Source: Octopus bimaculoides
Taxonomy: Eukaryota
DNA length: 64,000 nt
Direction of reading: 5' to 3'
Assembly: GCF_001194135.2 (NCBI RefSeq)
Contig: NC_068992.1
Span: 60,305,115 to 60,369,114, forward strand
The translations under genes were made by a program, and so were the position numbers. Numbering within the stretch: position 1 is the first letter of the stretch; each line of letters opens with the position of its first letter. Shown here in pieces: positions 1 to 13,309 of the stretch. The notes under the pieces were generated by a model. The model searched no databases and had not been told where the DNA came from. It saw only the letters and a list, made by a program, of their open reading frames with translations.

Positions 1-165
1 AGCTGGCGGGTTGCGTCACCATCGATCAAACTTGGCTTTGTCCTAGTAATGGACTTTTGTTCTTAGAAAAAGAACAACACTAATCATTGCATTAACTGAT
101 AATGTCCTTGGTGGTGATATAGTAAATATATGATATAACCAGTTAGTTGATTGTAATCACTTCAG

Positions 166-351
166 GGAAACATGAAATTTCCTCACTCATTATATGGTGA
201 AATGGCACGTTTTCCACTTTTAAATTGGTATTATCAACTTACAAAGGAAACCATTTATCAGACTGGTTCACTCGGAAGCATGTTAGAAATAACAGAAAAA
301 ATTCCCTTCAAATTGCGCTCAGCGGTTTTACATTCAGAGAACACACATTCG
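166..351 (+). CDS. Candidate internal exon; resembles C-linker of a cyclic-nucleotide-regulated (CNG/HCN/KCNH) channel
   Basis: Open frame GNMKFPHSLYGEMARFPLLNWYYQ...ITEKIPFKLRSAVLHSENTHS between ttcag| (165) and |gtaatg (352), phase 0 at both ends. KFPxSL...W and IPxKLR spacing recall the C-linker pattern (xIPxxLxxRLxxYFxxxW...LPxxLRxEIA). By-eye alignment only. Confidence 0.4.
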
Positions 352-412
352 GTAATGTAGACATATAATTCTTAGAAAATTTAAAACAACAAAATCGATG
401 ATGTTGAAAAAA

Positions 413-905
413 ATATCTATTTGTTTCAAATTCTGGCATAAGGTCAGCAATTGAGGGAGAGAGCGGTAAACAGACGACATCGACATCCCTGTGATCAACT
501 GCTACGTTTTTTATCGGCCTCGAAAGGATGAAAGACAAAGTCGACCCCGGCGGAGGAAAATACTATGAAATATTCGTTTCAAATTTTGGCTGGGAGCTAG
601 CAACCTGGGAGAGGGAGTAAGTCGATTGCATCGACCCCAGGTTGGTACTTATTTCATCGACTTCGAAATGCAAACTCGAACTCAGCGGAAGAAAATAAAC
701 CTTTGTACAATAAGCACAAGGCCTAAAATTTGTGGGGAGCGGGTAAGTCTATCACATCGACTCCAGTACTTGACTGGTACTTAATTTATGGACTTCGAAA
801 GGATGAAAGGCAAAGTTGTTGACGGTGGAATTTTAACTCCGTATTTTGCTTGTCTTTAAGTTCTAAGGCATTTTGCCCAATGTCTTAGGATTCTGCCAGC
901 TCGAC
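413..905 (-). mobile_element. Three adjacent SINE family A copies (413-554, 570-689, 710-905)
   Basis: Each has the reverse complement of the family A core (gaaaggatgaaaggcaaagtcgac) and/or tail (ggcacaaggcc...aaattt). The third retains the head (ttctgccagctcg). Confidence 0.85.
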
Positions 906-1334
906 GTCTTAACGGAAGAGAATTTTAAAAAAATGTTAAATAGAGGCAAAATATTCTATATTTATCAGCTTCACTTCCTAATCAACAATGCAAATTTGCA
1001 TATGTTAATATCCCATGTAAGTTACACAATACATTATAAGTGGCATGGGCATGTTTTATAAACACACCTTTAGTTTCGCAAACCTATTTACATTTTATCC
1101 ACAAACGTCCGCCCTTAGGTTAATTTATATATCCACCAACAAACAGAAATGGAAATGTGGAAAACAAATGCTAGTTATTGATAGCAATTTTTATAAGAAG
1201 TAAGAATGTAACCTGTTTTCTGTTTCTCTCTCTGTCTCATTCTGTCTGTCTGCTTCTCTCTCTGTCTCATTCTGTCTGTCTGTCTCTCTCTCTCTTTAAC
1301 GAAGGAACGAACTAAACACTTAACCCATGAGGCG

Positions 1335-1525
1335 ATAGCTGCATATCTGTTTGTTTTGCGAGAAAATGTCAAACAACATTTCTTGCGGATTTTTACGTAC
1401 TGAGTTCAAACCTCGATAAAGTTCAATTCACCTTGCCTTTATTCGGGATCACTAAAATTAAATATTTGTCAAATACGTGGGACGACAATATCAATTGACC
1501 CCCTACCCCAAAACTCCAGACCTGC
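1335..1525 (+). mobile_element. Highly degenerate SINE family A copy
   Basis: B box ctgagttcaaa followed by decayed core (ttgcctttattcgggatc...aaattaaata) and a cccc tail. Confidence 0.55.
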
Positions 1526-1842
1526 CTTTCTTTCCAAAATTATTAATTCTTTCAACGTTTGCAGCAGTCGTTCGGTATGAAAGGAGACCTAACAATATTA
1601 TCAAATAATAATGCTAGCTCAGCGAAAATGTAGTGATACAGTTGTAAAGGCATAGGCTTCAAGTCTAAGTTTGCATCAAGCAAGGTTACTGAATCGATAT
1701 ATTCCTGTTCTGTTAAGTTTATGTGGTTAACGTTTAGTATGAGAAATTGTTGACTGGCGAAATATATATAACAGCATGTTCGATATATAGATGTTTTCTT
1801 CTCTGGGAATAGAATATAGCTAAAAAAACCATGAAGAATATA

Positions 1843-1877
<35 letters not shown>

Positions 1878-2145
1878 TTATCTATCTACAATCTATCTAT
1901 CTATCCTATCCGTCCATCCATCCATCCATCCATCCATTCACCCATCCATCCGTTTGCCTGTATGTCTGTCTGTCTGTCTGTTTGTCTGTATGTCTGTCTA
2001 CCTGTCTGCCTGTCTGTCAATCTATCTGTCGATCTATCCACCTACCTATCTGTCTCTGTATGTCTCTGTCTTTTTCTCTGTATGTATGTATGTATGTATG
2101 TACCTATCTATTTATCTATATATCTATCTATCTATCTATCTATCG
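1843..2145. repeat. Compound tetranucleotide microsatellite (TCTA/TCCA/TCTG/TATG)
   Basis: Read directly from the sequence; source of the SIYL/HPSI/VCLS pseudo-ORFs. Confidence 0.97.
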
Positions 2146-3974
2146 ATTAATTTTTCTACATAACCATATATACACACACATATATGTAAGTAAATGCGTA
2201 CATACAGACATATACATACAAATACAGACGCGCATATATATGTTGATGTGTGNNNNNNNNNNNNNNNNNNNNNNNNNNNNNNNNNNNNNNNNNNNNNNNN
2301 NNNNNNNNNNNNNNNNNNNNNNNNNNNNNNNNNNNNNNNNNNNNNNNNNNNNNNNNNNNNNNNNNNNNNNNNNNNNNNNNNNNNNNNNNNNNNNNNNNNN
2401 NNNNNNNNNNNNNNNNNNNNNNNNNNNNNNNNNNNNNNNNNNNNNNNNNNNNNNNNNNNNNNNNNNNNNNNNNNNNNNNNNNNNNNNNNNNNNNNNNNNN
2501 NNNNNNNNNNNNNNNNNNNNNNNNNNNNNNNNNNNNNNNNNNNNNNNNNNNNNNNNNNNNNNNNNNNNNNNNNNNNNNNNNNNNNNNNNNNNNNNNNNNN
2601 NNNNNNNNNNNNNNNNNNNNNNNNNNNNNNNNNNNNNNNNNNNNNNNNNNNNNNNNNNNNNNNNNNNNNNNNNNNNNNNNNNNNNNNNNNNNNNNNNNNN
2701 NNNNNNNNNNNNNNNNNNNNNNNNNNNNNNNNNNNNNNNNNNNNNNNNNNNNNNNNNNNNNNNNNNNNNNNNNNNNNNNNTATATTATATATATGCTATA
2801 TATATATATATACATATATATATGTAATATATATATATATATTATATATATGCTATATATATATATATACACATACATATATATGTATAGGCATACATAC
2901 ATACATAAATATGTGCATACATGCATGCATACAATTTTGAAGTCTAAATCTCTTGTTATTCATAACAAGCATGGTAATAATCAATTACTGACTTATTCCT
3001 GTCTGGAATTATTCCTTTTAATGTCTAATATCATTAACACGAAAACGCTTACACGTCCCTCAGCCACCATATATATATATACACACACAGATGTCTCTCT
3101 GTGTGTACATATGTACATATGTTTGTATATCTATGTATATATGTGCATATATACGCACACATATATTACGTTACGTTATTTGTGTGTGTGTGTGTGTTCT
3201 GTGACTCTTGTGTTCCTGCGTTGTGCGTTTCGAACTAAAACATTTACAAGTTCTATTTAAAATACAATGTAATGGACCAAGATAAACTTTGATATCAACA
3301 CGGAAATTACATATTAATAAATTAGTTTAATCTGCTGAGTATTGATAGAAAATTGTTAATTATTCAAACAACAGTGAAATTATCGTTTGGGAGGTATTTG
3401 GCCTTCAGCGGAAATTTCTTGAGGCCGCCATTATTTGAAAACACATCTCTTATTACGTTCTCTGACTAATTGCTTTTAAATTATTAGTATTGATGAACCA
3501 CGTAATGAGCTGAATCCTAGCCATGGAAAGAGCAATTCCATATATATATATATANNNNNNNNNNNNNNNNNNNNNNNNNNNNNNNNNNNNNNNNNNNNNN
3601 NNNNNNNNNNNNNNNNNNNNNNNNNNNNNNNNNNNNNNNNNNNNNNNNNNNNNNNNNNNNNNNNNNNNATATATATGTATGTATGTATATACATACACAC
3701 ACATAACACACACATATATATTCATGTATGTATGCATGTGTGTGTATATATGTGCGTATACACATACACACATAGATATGTATGCGTAAGAATGTATATA
3801 TGTAAATATTATGCATGTTCATATAAATGTATGTATATACACAATCGCTGACACGCGCATATACAGACACACACTCTCCTCTACTCACAGATAACCCATA
3901 CAAAGGTACATGCGGGCATACTCATACACGAACACAAAAATATATACACTGTAGTAAGGAAAAACTATACGCAA

Positions 3975-4095
3975 CGCATTAGTAAAGTCGTTAAGGCATC
4001 GAACGAAATGCTGTACGGTATTTATTCGAACATATTGCGGTTTGAGTTCAAAACCCGCCGAGGTCATCATTGTCTTTTATCTTTCAGGAGCAATG
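3975..4095 (+). mobile_element. SINE family A, degenerate 5' portion
   Basis: gtcgttaaggcatcgaacgaaatgc...gagttcaaaacccgccgaggtc. Confidence 0.7.
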
Positions 4096-4185
4096 AATTG
4101 AGAGCAAGGCGTTGAACTGCAGAGCATGTATGTAAAAATAAAAAAATCATTGGCACCGCCTTTTCTTCTTATTAAACAATTAAAA

Positions 4186-4320
4186 AATTCTGTTCTACTC
4201 TAGGCACAAGGCCCGAAATTTTGGGGGAGGGGGCGGTCGATTAGATCGACCGCAGTACGCAACTGCTACTTAATTTATCGACCTCGAAAGGATGAAAGGC
4301 AAAGTCAACCTCGTCGGAAT
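4186..4320 (-). mobile_element. SINE family A, 3' two-thirds, young-looking
   Basis: ctaggcacaaggcccgaaattttggggg...gtcgattagatcgac...gaaaggatgaaaggcaaagtcaacctcg. Confidence 0.9.
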
Positions 4321-4376
4321 ATAGTAATTATATATATATACATACATACATACATATAGATATATGTATATGCATA

Positions 4377-4411
<35 letters not shown>

Positions 4412-4418
4412 ATATAAA

Positions 4419-4568
4419 TAAATTTTAAATATCATTGCAATACAATAGTATCACTTTCCAGCCAAATAAAGCACCGTACAGGTAGAATTATAAATAAGAA
4501 ATAGTGGTACGACAAGGCACAAATGTTTGCTGCAAATATTATTGTATTGCAATAATATTTAAAATTTA
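4419..4568. mobile_element. 150-bp fold-back element with 32-bp terminal inverted repeats (MITE-like)
   Basis: 4419-4450 taaattttaaatatcattgcaatacaatagta vs reverse complement of 4537-4568 taaattttaaatattattgcaatacaataata; 30/32 identical. Confidence 0.65.
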
Positions 4569-5756
4569 AACTGATCTCAGTTGATAACGGCTAGGCGTTC
4601 AGCCGAATATACTGCCAAGATGTAGCGATATTTTAAAATTCCGTCACATGTGAATCTAGCTGATGAGGATTAATCAAGTTTACGATAGCAACCGTTTTAT
4701 AGTAAGTCCGAAAATCGGATCCTCGATTGCCAATTCTGTGTTGCCCACTTTTGCGATGTTTTGCCTAGATGTAAGACAAAAATCTTTTATGTTCGCTGCC
4801 CGCATACATCTTTACCAGTATATATTTCAATGAAGATTTACATAGCGTCGTATTGCTATCGAGTGCTAAACACTGATGCCTTGTCGTACCACTATTTCTT
4901 ATATATAAATATATATATATATATATATANNNNNNNNNNNNNNNNNNNNNNNNNNNNNNNNNNNNNNNNNNNNNNNNNNNNNNNNNNNNNNNNNNNNNNN
5001 NNNNNNNNNNNNNNNNNNNNNNNNNNNNNNNNNNNNNNNNNNNNNNNNNNNNNNNNNNNNNNNNNNNNNNNNNNNNNNNNNNNNNNNNNNNNNNNNNNNN
5101 NNNNNNNNNNNNNNNNNNNNNNNNNNNNNNNNNNNNNNNNNNNNNNNNNNNNNNNNNNNNNNNNNNNNNNNNNNNNNNNNNNNNNNNNNNNNNNNNNNNN
5201 NNNNNNNNNNNNNNNNNNNNNNNNNNNNNNNNNNNNNNNNNNNNNNNNNNNNNNNNNNNNNNNNNNNNNNNNNNNNNNNNNNNNNNNNNNNNNNNNNNNN
5301 NNNNNNNNNNNNNNNNNNNNNNNNNNNNNNNNNNNNNNNNNNNNNNNNNNNNNNNNNNNNNNNNNNNNNNNNNNNNNNNNNNNNNNNNNNNNNNNNNNNN
5401 NNNNNNNNNNNNNNNNNNNNNNNNNNNNNNNNNNNNNNNNNNNNNNNNNNNNNNNNNNNNNNNNNNNNNNNNNNNNNNNNNNNNNNNNNNNNNNNNNNNN
5501 NNNNNNNNNNNNNNNNNNNNNNNNNNNNNNNNNNNNNNNNNNNNNNNNNNNNNNNNNNNNNNNNNNNNNNNNNNNNNNNNNNNNNNNNNNNNNNNNNNNN
5601 NNNNNNNNNNNNNNNNNNNNNNNNNNNNNNNNNNNNNNNNNNNNNNNNNNNNNNNNNNNNNNNNNNNNNNNNNNNNNNNNNNNNNNNNNNNNNNNNNNNN
5701 NNNNNNNNNNNNNNNNNNNNNNNNNNNNNNNNNNNNNNNNNNTATATATATATGGT

Positions 5757-6222
5757 GGTTGTGTATCTCTTATGCAGAGTCTGGCCGTCTTCTGTACCTA
5801 CAGCTTAGATCTATCATGGCGACTGATGTGAGTTTTTTAAACCAGACAATATTTTGAAAAGACATCCACATAGATTATATATCCGATGTGGACGACGAAG
5901 AGCTGCAGTTAAGTTCTGATCTTTGTGGATCTTAAAATGTCTTTTGAGGCCTCCGTTATATTTGTGGACCTTCTGGTATACATTGCATTGAAAGGTGTGC
6001 ACAGACATGTAGGCAGAATAGTTGGTGAATATTCGTTTTTCATGGGTCCGCAATTGAGATTTGAGCTCAGCAAAGGAAAGGCATCGTCCGTCACAAATTG
6101 TGCACACAAAAACGTCATTGTGATTCACCTTCTCGATCGTAACGTTCTTCCTTAAATCTCTTTTGAATCTTCCATGCATTATCCTGGCCTCTTCAACTGC
6201 TTTCACTCTATTCCACAGTTTT
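5757..6222 (-). mobile_element. 5'-truncated RTE-clade LINE 3' end encoding three degenerate C2H2-like fingers
   Basis: ORF 5814-6236: EEARIMHGRFKRDLRK...CTICDGRCLSFAELKSQLRTH...CNVYQKVHKYNGGLKRHFKIH...NLCGCLFKILSGLKNSHQS. Matches the RTE C-terminal pattern (FExxR...KRxxRK...CxxCxRxCxSxxGLxSHxRxH). Short 3' UTR runs into (TA)n. Confidence 0.75.
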
Positions 6223-6279
6223 GAATATATGTACATATATGTATGTACGTATATGTATGTACGTACATATACATAAGTA

Positions 6280-6282
<3 letters not shown>

Positions 6283-6370
<88 letters not shown>

Positions 6371-6523
6371 ATAATCATCGATTCTTCTCTGAAATATTTA
6401 TCAGACCCAAATTAAAATGCCAAAGAGGTGACATTTCTCTAATGAATTATCAATATATATCAAGTTTATTAGAAAATGTCAAGAGACAATTTGTGCGTCG
6501 GTGCCACAAAGTACATAATAGCA

Positions 6524-6597
<74 letters not shown>
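6283..6597. repeat. (GT)n at 6283-6368 and (ATT)n at 6525-6597
   Basis: Read directly from the sequence. Confidence 0.97.
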
Positions 6598-6598
<1 letters not shown>

Positions 6599-6708
6599 AT
6601 TATTAATATTTTGTAAATAAAAACTAAACTATATCGATTGCAATCAGTAATAAACTTTGAACGGAGAAATATTCATTCTGAAATTAGCATTTTTACAATT
6701 TTCTTTAG

Positions 6709-6797
6709 AATTTGTGGAAGAGTTATTTTTTGTCAAACTTAGGGTTAGAGGTCAAAGTTCATCGTCCTGTGTATATGAAGGCAAAATCAGTTATCAG
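6709..6797 (+). CDS. Weak candidate exon (NLWKSYFLSNLGLEVKVHRPVYMKAKSVIR)
   Basis: ttttctttag| acceptor and |gttggc donor. Phase 0 to 2 is compatible with 166-351 and 13780-13970, but it is about 6 aa short for the alphaA-beta1 segment of a CNBD. Confidence 0.2.
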
Positions 6798-6973
6798 GTT
6801 GGCAGCGTCTAACACCACAACATCTAGCTAACTGTCTGTCTTATATCTGTCTGTTTGACTTCGTCTATCTATTTGTCGCTATCTACCTATCTGTCTAATC
6901 CCTCGACTATCGCAGGTGTTACGCTTCAAAATCCCCCCACGACAGGTGAACCGTGATCTGGCGAGTGATTACA

Positions 6974-7015
<42 letters not shown>

Positions 7016-7556
7016 GCTAGCTGACGTACCCGGTAATTCCCGGGAAAGCGAGGCTTATCCCTTCGTTCTGTTCTCATAATTGTTTCGCTAATCCAATAAC
7101 AGCAATACAAAGTGTGTAGCCCTTAAAACGGTTTTTGTGCATTTACAGAGAATACCGAACTGTCTTACACAGGATCTTGTTTTTAGGAATTCCCAATAAG
7201 GTATGTATACTAAAATCGTGAAGCATGTGACGTAATAACAGGCTAATCCCATATGAGATAATAACAATTCAAAGCAAATAACTCTGAAAAGAGTTTTTGT
7301 GCGTTCCCAGAGAATATTACCCTCAGATGCGCTAGTGTTGGGATATTCGTGAATAAGTCACTAACCGAAATAAATGGATCCATTGTTTAGGAAAATACTA
7401 TTTACTTGTTTAAGGGTTGTATTGGGAAAAATTGCGAAAATGACTCTAACAGTTCAAATACTAAAAAATAAGCATACTCAATTTCATTTTTACCAATTAA
7501 TTTAGGAAAGTGAACGGGTTATTTCCCTTGGTTTTAAAACAAAATATATTAGATAT
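7016..7556 (+). mobile_element. Possible non-autonomous Helitron-like relic
   Basis: Begins gctagctgacgtacccggtaattcccggg, recalling the nCTAGCTG...ACCCGG...CCCGGG starts of invertebrate non-autonomous Helitrons. The 3' end (atatattagat) is a guess. Confidence 0.25.
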
Positions 7557-7733
7557 ATATAAGGATCCCTTCCAGGTTGTTAACGATTTTTCAACAATCT
7601 GAGTATGCTGTGAGGTTTCCAGACATGAGTTCTACTCACGTGTCATGTTTCATTACAATCGATAAAATGATGTAGGACGAGTTAGCTAACAACTTCACAA
7701 AGACACCCACAGACAGAATTTCCCACATATGTA

Positions 7734-7774
<41 letters not shown>

Positions 7775-7775
7775 T

Positions 7776-7786
7776 ANNNNNNNNNN

Positions 7787-7854
<68 letters not shown>

Positions 7855-7855
7855 T
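7776..7855. repeat. (GATA)n microsatellite next to (TA)n, split by a 10-N gap
   Basis: Read directly from the sequence. Confidence 0.97.
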
Positions 7856-9589
7856 TGAAAAAATATGCATATGTTTATATATTGATATATCTATGTGTGT
7901 GTTTTGTGCGTGTATGTGTATGTGTCTTGCAAGGAATTCAAAATTTTCAATTTCAATTGAATCCTATCGACGGAGGGTAGAAAATCCCATACACAAACAC
8001 GTATACACACAAACACACACACATACATACGTATATACATGTATACATGTGTCGTATATATAAAGATAGATACATGTGTGTGTGTATATATATATATAGA
8101 TAGATACATACATATATGTGTATGTGTAGGAATACAAATGTGTGTTTGTGCGGAGAGATAGACAGATAAAGAGAGAAATAAATAGAAGGATGAGGCGTGG
8201 ATAGGAAATAATAATATTTATATTGCACCTTGTAGGGTGTTTAAACTTTAAAAGTTGTGACGTTGAGCATTTGTAGATTCATTGAAATTTGTGCGATATG
8301 AAGAATATCAAATAAGGATATAAATTAAGAAAGAACACATTGAAATCAAAGTGCGGCTCTAATATATTCGCTATATCAATAGGAGGGTAAGTGGGGGTTT
8401 AAACAAAACGGAAATTTCTAGAGTGAAGATGGAAAGATATAATTATAGTGCTTTATAATTAATTATAAAGGTTCGTAATAAAAACAGGTTTAAATCATAT
8501 TTGAATGATAAATCAAATATGTTTTTCTCGAAGGGGAAATAATTACTCTTATTAATGTGCCGTATACATTACATCAGGAATAATTACATATAGTATTGAA
8601 ACTTGCATAAGCGGCAATTATTGTCTTTTTTAATCAATGGGTTTCGATCATTAGCTGTAATATAGAATGATTTATTCTGAAATATAATAAAAATTTCATA
8701 TTTGTTTTGGTTTGAGGATGAATTTAAAAAAGAATATCCAAGAATTAAATTTAAGAATATTTTATAAAAATGAATGCCATGCAAATTGTTATAAGGAATA
8801 ATTGTATTTTCTGTCTATTCTATTTTAGTCTTAAAATTTACAGTGCATTAAATGTAAGAGAATGTGTTATGATTTATAAGAGAATGTGTTATGATTTAAG
8901 TTGTTTCGCAGTCGAGCGTGAGCATATGATAATGTGTAACTATTAAAAGAGCTGATCTTAATATAATAGAAAACAATTGGATACACGATGGCTATACAAA
9001 TAGCTACTGCTAAAACTAATTAATTATGCAAACCTTGGCTTGGGTTTATGCTTGGATGGTAGTAAGTAATTTGCTAATCTTGAGGAAATTGTAAATTGAA
9101 TTTTAATGGTAAGTGCATCCCCTTAATACATAATATTTTACTGAATGGTGCAATGTTATCTCCTTTTGTTTAACGAAGGAATACTTTTTAAAATTATATG
9201 CATTCCAAGATTTATTGAAGCTTATTGTACATTAAAAGACTATTCCTGGACTGGGTGGTGTGTAGTGTTCGTGAGTAAATACCTCATCTCACGTTGTTCT
9301 GCGATAACTTCGAAATCTGATGTGTGGTTGACCGCACCTATTAAGGGAACGTCAGTTTGATGGGAGTAAGCTAATATTCAACACATACATTTGATCACTA
9401 TAAACAAATCATTTGTGCAAATTATTGGCACGTGTTGTTCAGCAGAACTGCTTTTTCGGACTACGACAGACAACCATCATTATATAATTTTTCAGAGTGA
9501 AGCTTAACAATCTATAATGAGTGAATAAGAGGTAAGGCTAGACACTTTTAATATATATATTTGCATGCATGCATTCATTTTGTGTATAT

Positions 9590-9671
9590 AAATATATATT
9601 TATATATACATATATTTATATATACATATATTTATATATACATATATTTATATATACATATATTTATATAT

Positions 9672-9751
<80 letters not shown>

Positions 9752-9753
9752 AC

Positions 9754-9785
<32 letters not shown>

Positions 9786-9877
9786 TTACGTATATATATG
9801 GATACATATGTGTATAGACACTCATACAAACAAGTATATATTTATGTATCCTTGCTTATGTTTACAAGTTCTGATAC

Positions 9878-9916
<39 letters not shown>

Positions 9917-9925
9917 TACATACAT
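9590..9925. repeat. (TA)n tract with a 16-bp higher-order unit TATATATACATATATT (about 4 copies from 9601)
   Basis: Read directly from the sequence. Confidence 0.92.
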
Positions 9926-11394
9926 ATATAGACAGTTTGTCACTTACAGACCTATGTAGGTATGTATGTATTCATATATGTAGTCAAGGCATAAATGTAT
10001 TTCAAGGCTAATATGTTAATGATTTCAAAAGTGGGAACATGGCAGAAATATATAAATATGAAGCAGATGATATAACAAAACAAAGATGCGAGATAGCGAA
10101 TGAAGAAACTGGAGAATATGAGTAAATTACTGCAGTTATAACAGTTTGTAGGTGTAACGAAAACAAAGAAATGTTCAATGGTATTGTGAATTGATTGATA
10201 GGTGAGTAGGCAATTAAGGTATAACGAGCTGGTAATGAAATCTTGCTTCATATAGATGTATTGCTTAAAGTACCTAGTCATTCCTCGAGATATTGATTTT
10301 TAAAATTATTTTGATCAGTTATGTTACGTTCTGTAATTGTATCGTACCTGGGTAATTATGAGACAATTATAGAATATACATATGTGCGTATATGCGGTAG
10401 ATATTTACCTATTTGTATAAGTAATTTTTGACAAGTATTTTGAGTTTCTAAATATTCTGTATCTTCATGAAGAGACTACGTATGAATAGCTATTAAACAG
10501 ATAAATGTTGGGGAACATATATTCATTGCTTCGTTCCGAATTCCCATTTGTTAATACACACACACGAACACACATACACGCACGCACGCAAGCACACACA
10601 CACACATACATAAATACATACATACATACATACATACATACATACATACATACATACATACACACACACACTAAACTATAATTTATTAGTGTCTTATACG
10701 ACACTATCATGTCATAGATTCGGAAAGGTCTCTTAGAACATAATGCAAAAATGAAAGCATTGAGACGCTTTCGAAAGATGACGGTTACCGTTGTTCTATC
10801 TCCCGACCTACACTGATGTGGGACAGACCTCAATATATAATATGTACATAATAGGAAAATAAAATACATACTTTCACAATAGTGACTCTAGATCTACTCA
10901 TAATATAGAAGTTATATAAGAAATCAAATGTGCAGAGCTTGAATATAACAGCGCAGTCTATAATAACATCCAGCTGTGTTAAAGTCGATTGTCCCTTCTT
11001 TCAGGTAGTAAAGAAAAATATATAAAGGAAATTGAATGAAAAGAAGTTCGAAAAGTCGTATAAAAGAGACTTAGTGTACTCTTTAACCCGTGTCTGTTTT
11101 CCAGAAAGACAGATTTGTCAATACTTGTATTGTATTTCAAAGATTGTTTCTATATTCTGCCAATGAAATCAGATGAACTTGTAATACTTATAGACGCCAT
11201 TGACTCATTGTAATGTAGAATGTTAAGCTTGAATCAATGTTTAGCATTATCTGCTGTCAATAGAAAGCGGAACTTGAAGTCACTATCTTACTGGTATTCG
11301 TTAAGTTATAACACTCGGAACTTGGTAACATGTACCATATATTTACTAATCGTTTTATTGCCCACGCAGTCGCAATGAGACCTTACACTGGAAA

Positions 11395-11560
11395 GAGAGA
11401 TGTCTAACCATTTTATTAGTACTCAATTCTTTCATCTGGAAACGAAACAACGTGAAATGAAGTGAACCCCTAACTCAAGCTCACAATACATTGCTCAGCC
11501 AGGGAATCGAATGCAAAACTTTACGGGCATGAAACTGACACCATTAACTTCTCGGCCACG
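11395..11560 (-). mobile_element. Degenerate SINE family C copy
   Basis: gaaacaacgtgaaatgaagtg...ctcacaatacattgctcagccagggaatcgaa...ttaacttctcggccacg is the reverse complement of a tRNA-like head plus tttcacgttg body. Confidence 0.55.
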
Positions 11561-12399
11561 AACCTTCATTCCTCAGAACTTTATCACAATGTCAGTTATT
11601 CATTTTACAGCGTCTACTCAAAAGAAATACTTCGTAAATAGCTATGCTGTAATATCTGTCTGATATTTGAATAATAAATACGATAAAACTACGTGAACTA
11701 ATATTTTTCGTATGTAAAATGGAAGAAAATTATATTTATATAAAATTAAATTGATAATAAATTGATAATAATGATAAAGCATAATAGATGAAGTTTGAAG
11801 TCTTTAATTTCACCTAAAACGAAAAATGTTGAAGATTTTAGTATATTAGATTATGGTTTCTCATATAATGATCTGAAATATAAAACAGTTTTCTTTGAAA
11901 TAACTTTTGATTCTGAAATAATTTATGATACGAAGTTACAAGTCTAAGTTAGGAGACAGAAAATGAAGGTTTCTTGCTTGTCTACAAATTTCAGCTGTTA
12001 TGCGTAATGTTCTTTGGAATAAAACGAAAATGAACTAAAATGAAATAAAATAAAATGAAATATAAACAAATATAATAAAACAAAAAGATGTGCAGTATTT
12101 CAAGAACAAAATTACTTCGTGTAAAATGTATTTTCAATTTCTATTCAAAAATGTTATCTCGTCAACTGTCGCATTAACAAACTCTTTAATTTTGAGTTCG
12201 CAGAAGTGGGGTGATTTAATGTAAAATATGGCTGTTATCGCTTCAAAACATATTATTGAGTTCTCTTGTTTAGGCCGCAGGTCAATATTTAAAGACGAAG
12301 TCCAGCAATGGCCGATTAAAATAAACTTACTCTAATGTTAACTTATTTAATACTGAGAGCATCAAATATACACTTCTTATATTCCAGCTCTTTTTCTTA

Positions 12400-12620
12400 T
12401 TCTGTGATCAAATCCAATCGAGCTCAACTTTGTATTCTATTTCAATAAAATAGATTACCAGACAAGTCGTAGGGTTGATGTAATCGAGTAACCACTCTTT
12501 ACAATTTTTGAGCCATCACTAGGAAGGATTATTTAGCGCTCGCAGAATCGTTAGCACATCGGATGAAATGTTTAGCGGCATTTCGTCCGTCTATACGTTC
12601 GGAGATCGTATTCCACCGTC
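12400..12620 (+). mobile_element. Decayed SINE A core followed by a SINE A head
   Basis: gggttgatgtaatcgag hairpin at about 12470; gcagaatcgttagcacatcggatgaaatgtttagcggcatttcgtccg at 12542. Confidence 0.75.
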
Positions 12621-13035
12621 TCTGTGACTTGAATGTTAAGTCACCGCACACTTCAAACACAGTACTGACAAATCATCAGTGACTCATCGACTCAGTGTTG
12701 CCAAGCATCGGTGATTGATTGACTCAGATAGCTAGATTTATGATTTCATTAGGTTAATTCTATTCATGAACATTCTTAGACCGTTAGCTTCACATTTCAA
12801 CAGCTTAACTGAAATTTAACCCACGCAACAGGAACTGAGAGGGATATCGTGAAACAGAGACATTGTGGGTGATCCAGATAATTTGACATTATTTTTGGAT
12901 ACTGCATGCAAAAACATATAAGATGCAAGGATTCCTTTTCTTGGGACAAGTTCTTTGTTGACCAGTGTTATAAGGGTCGATGTAAGGGACTACTCTCCCC
13001 TTGATTATCGCTGCTCTATTTGCCAAAATTCTTCT

Positions 13036-13046
13036 TGTTCTTGCTC

Positions 13047-13081
<35 letters not shown>

Positions 13082-13174
13082 CTTCTTCTTCTTCTTCTTC
13101 TTCTTCTTCTTCTTCTTCTTCTTCTTCTTCTTCTTCTTGTTTTTGTTGTTGTTGTTGTTGTTGTTCTTCTTCTT

Positions 13175-13205
<31 letters not shown>

Positions 13206-13305
13206 TTTTTCTTATTTTTCTTCTTCTTCTTCTTCTACTTCTTCTTCTTCTTCTTCTTATTATTATTATTATTATTATTATTATTGTTATTATTATTATT
13301 ATTAA
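13036..13305. repeat. Compound trinucleotide microsatellite (TTG/TTC/TTA)
   Basis: Read directly; source of the poly-R/T/S/C/L/F pseudo-ORFs. Confidence 0.97.
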
Positions 13306-13309
13306 TGGT

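Noticed and set aside
8858-8900. Short tandem duplications (22 bp here, 28 bp near 1222-1285, 14 bp near 46300)
   Set aside because: Ordinary slippage duplications with no further structure.
10936-11004. Exon ending VKVDCPFFQ, resembling the CNBD KVxLFQ motif
   Set aside because: Poor acceptor, and incompatible in order and phase with the other candidate exons.
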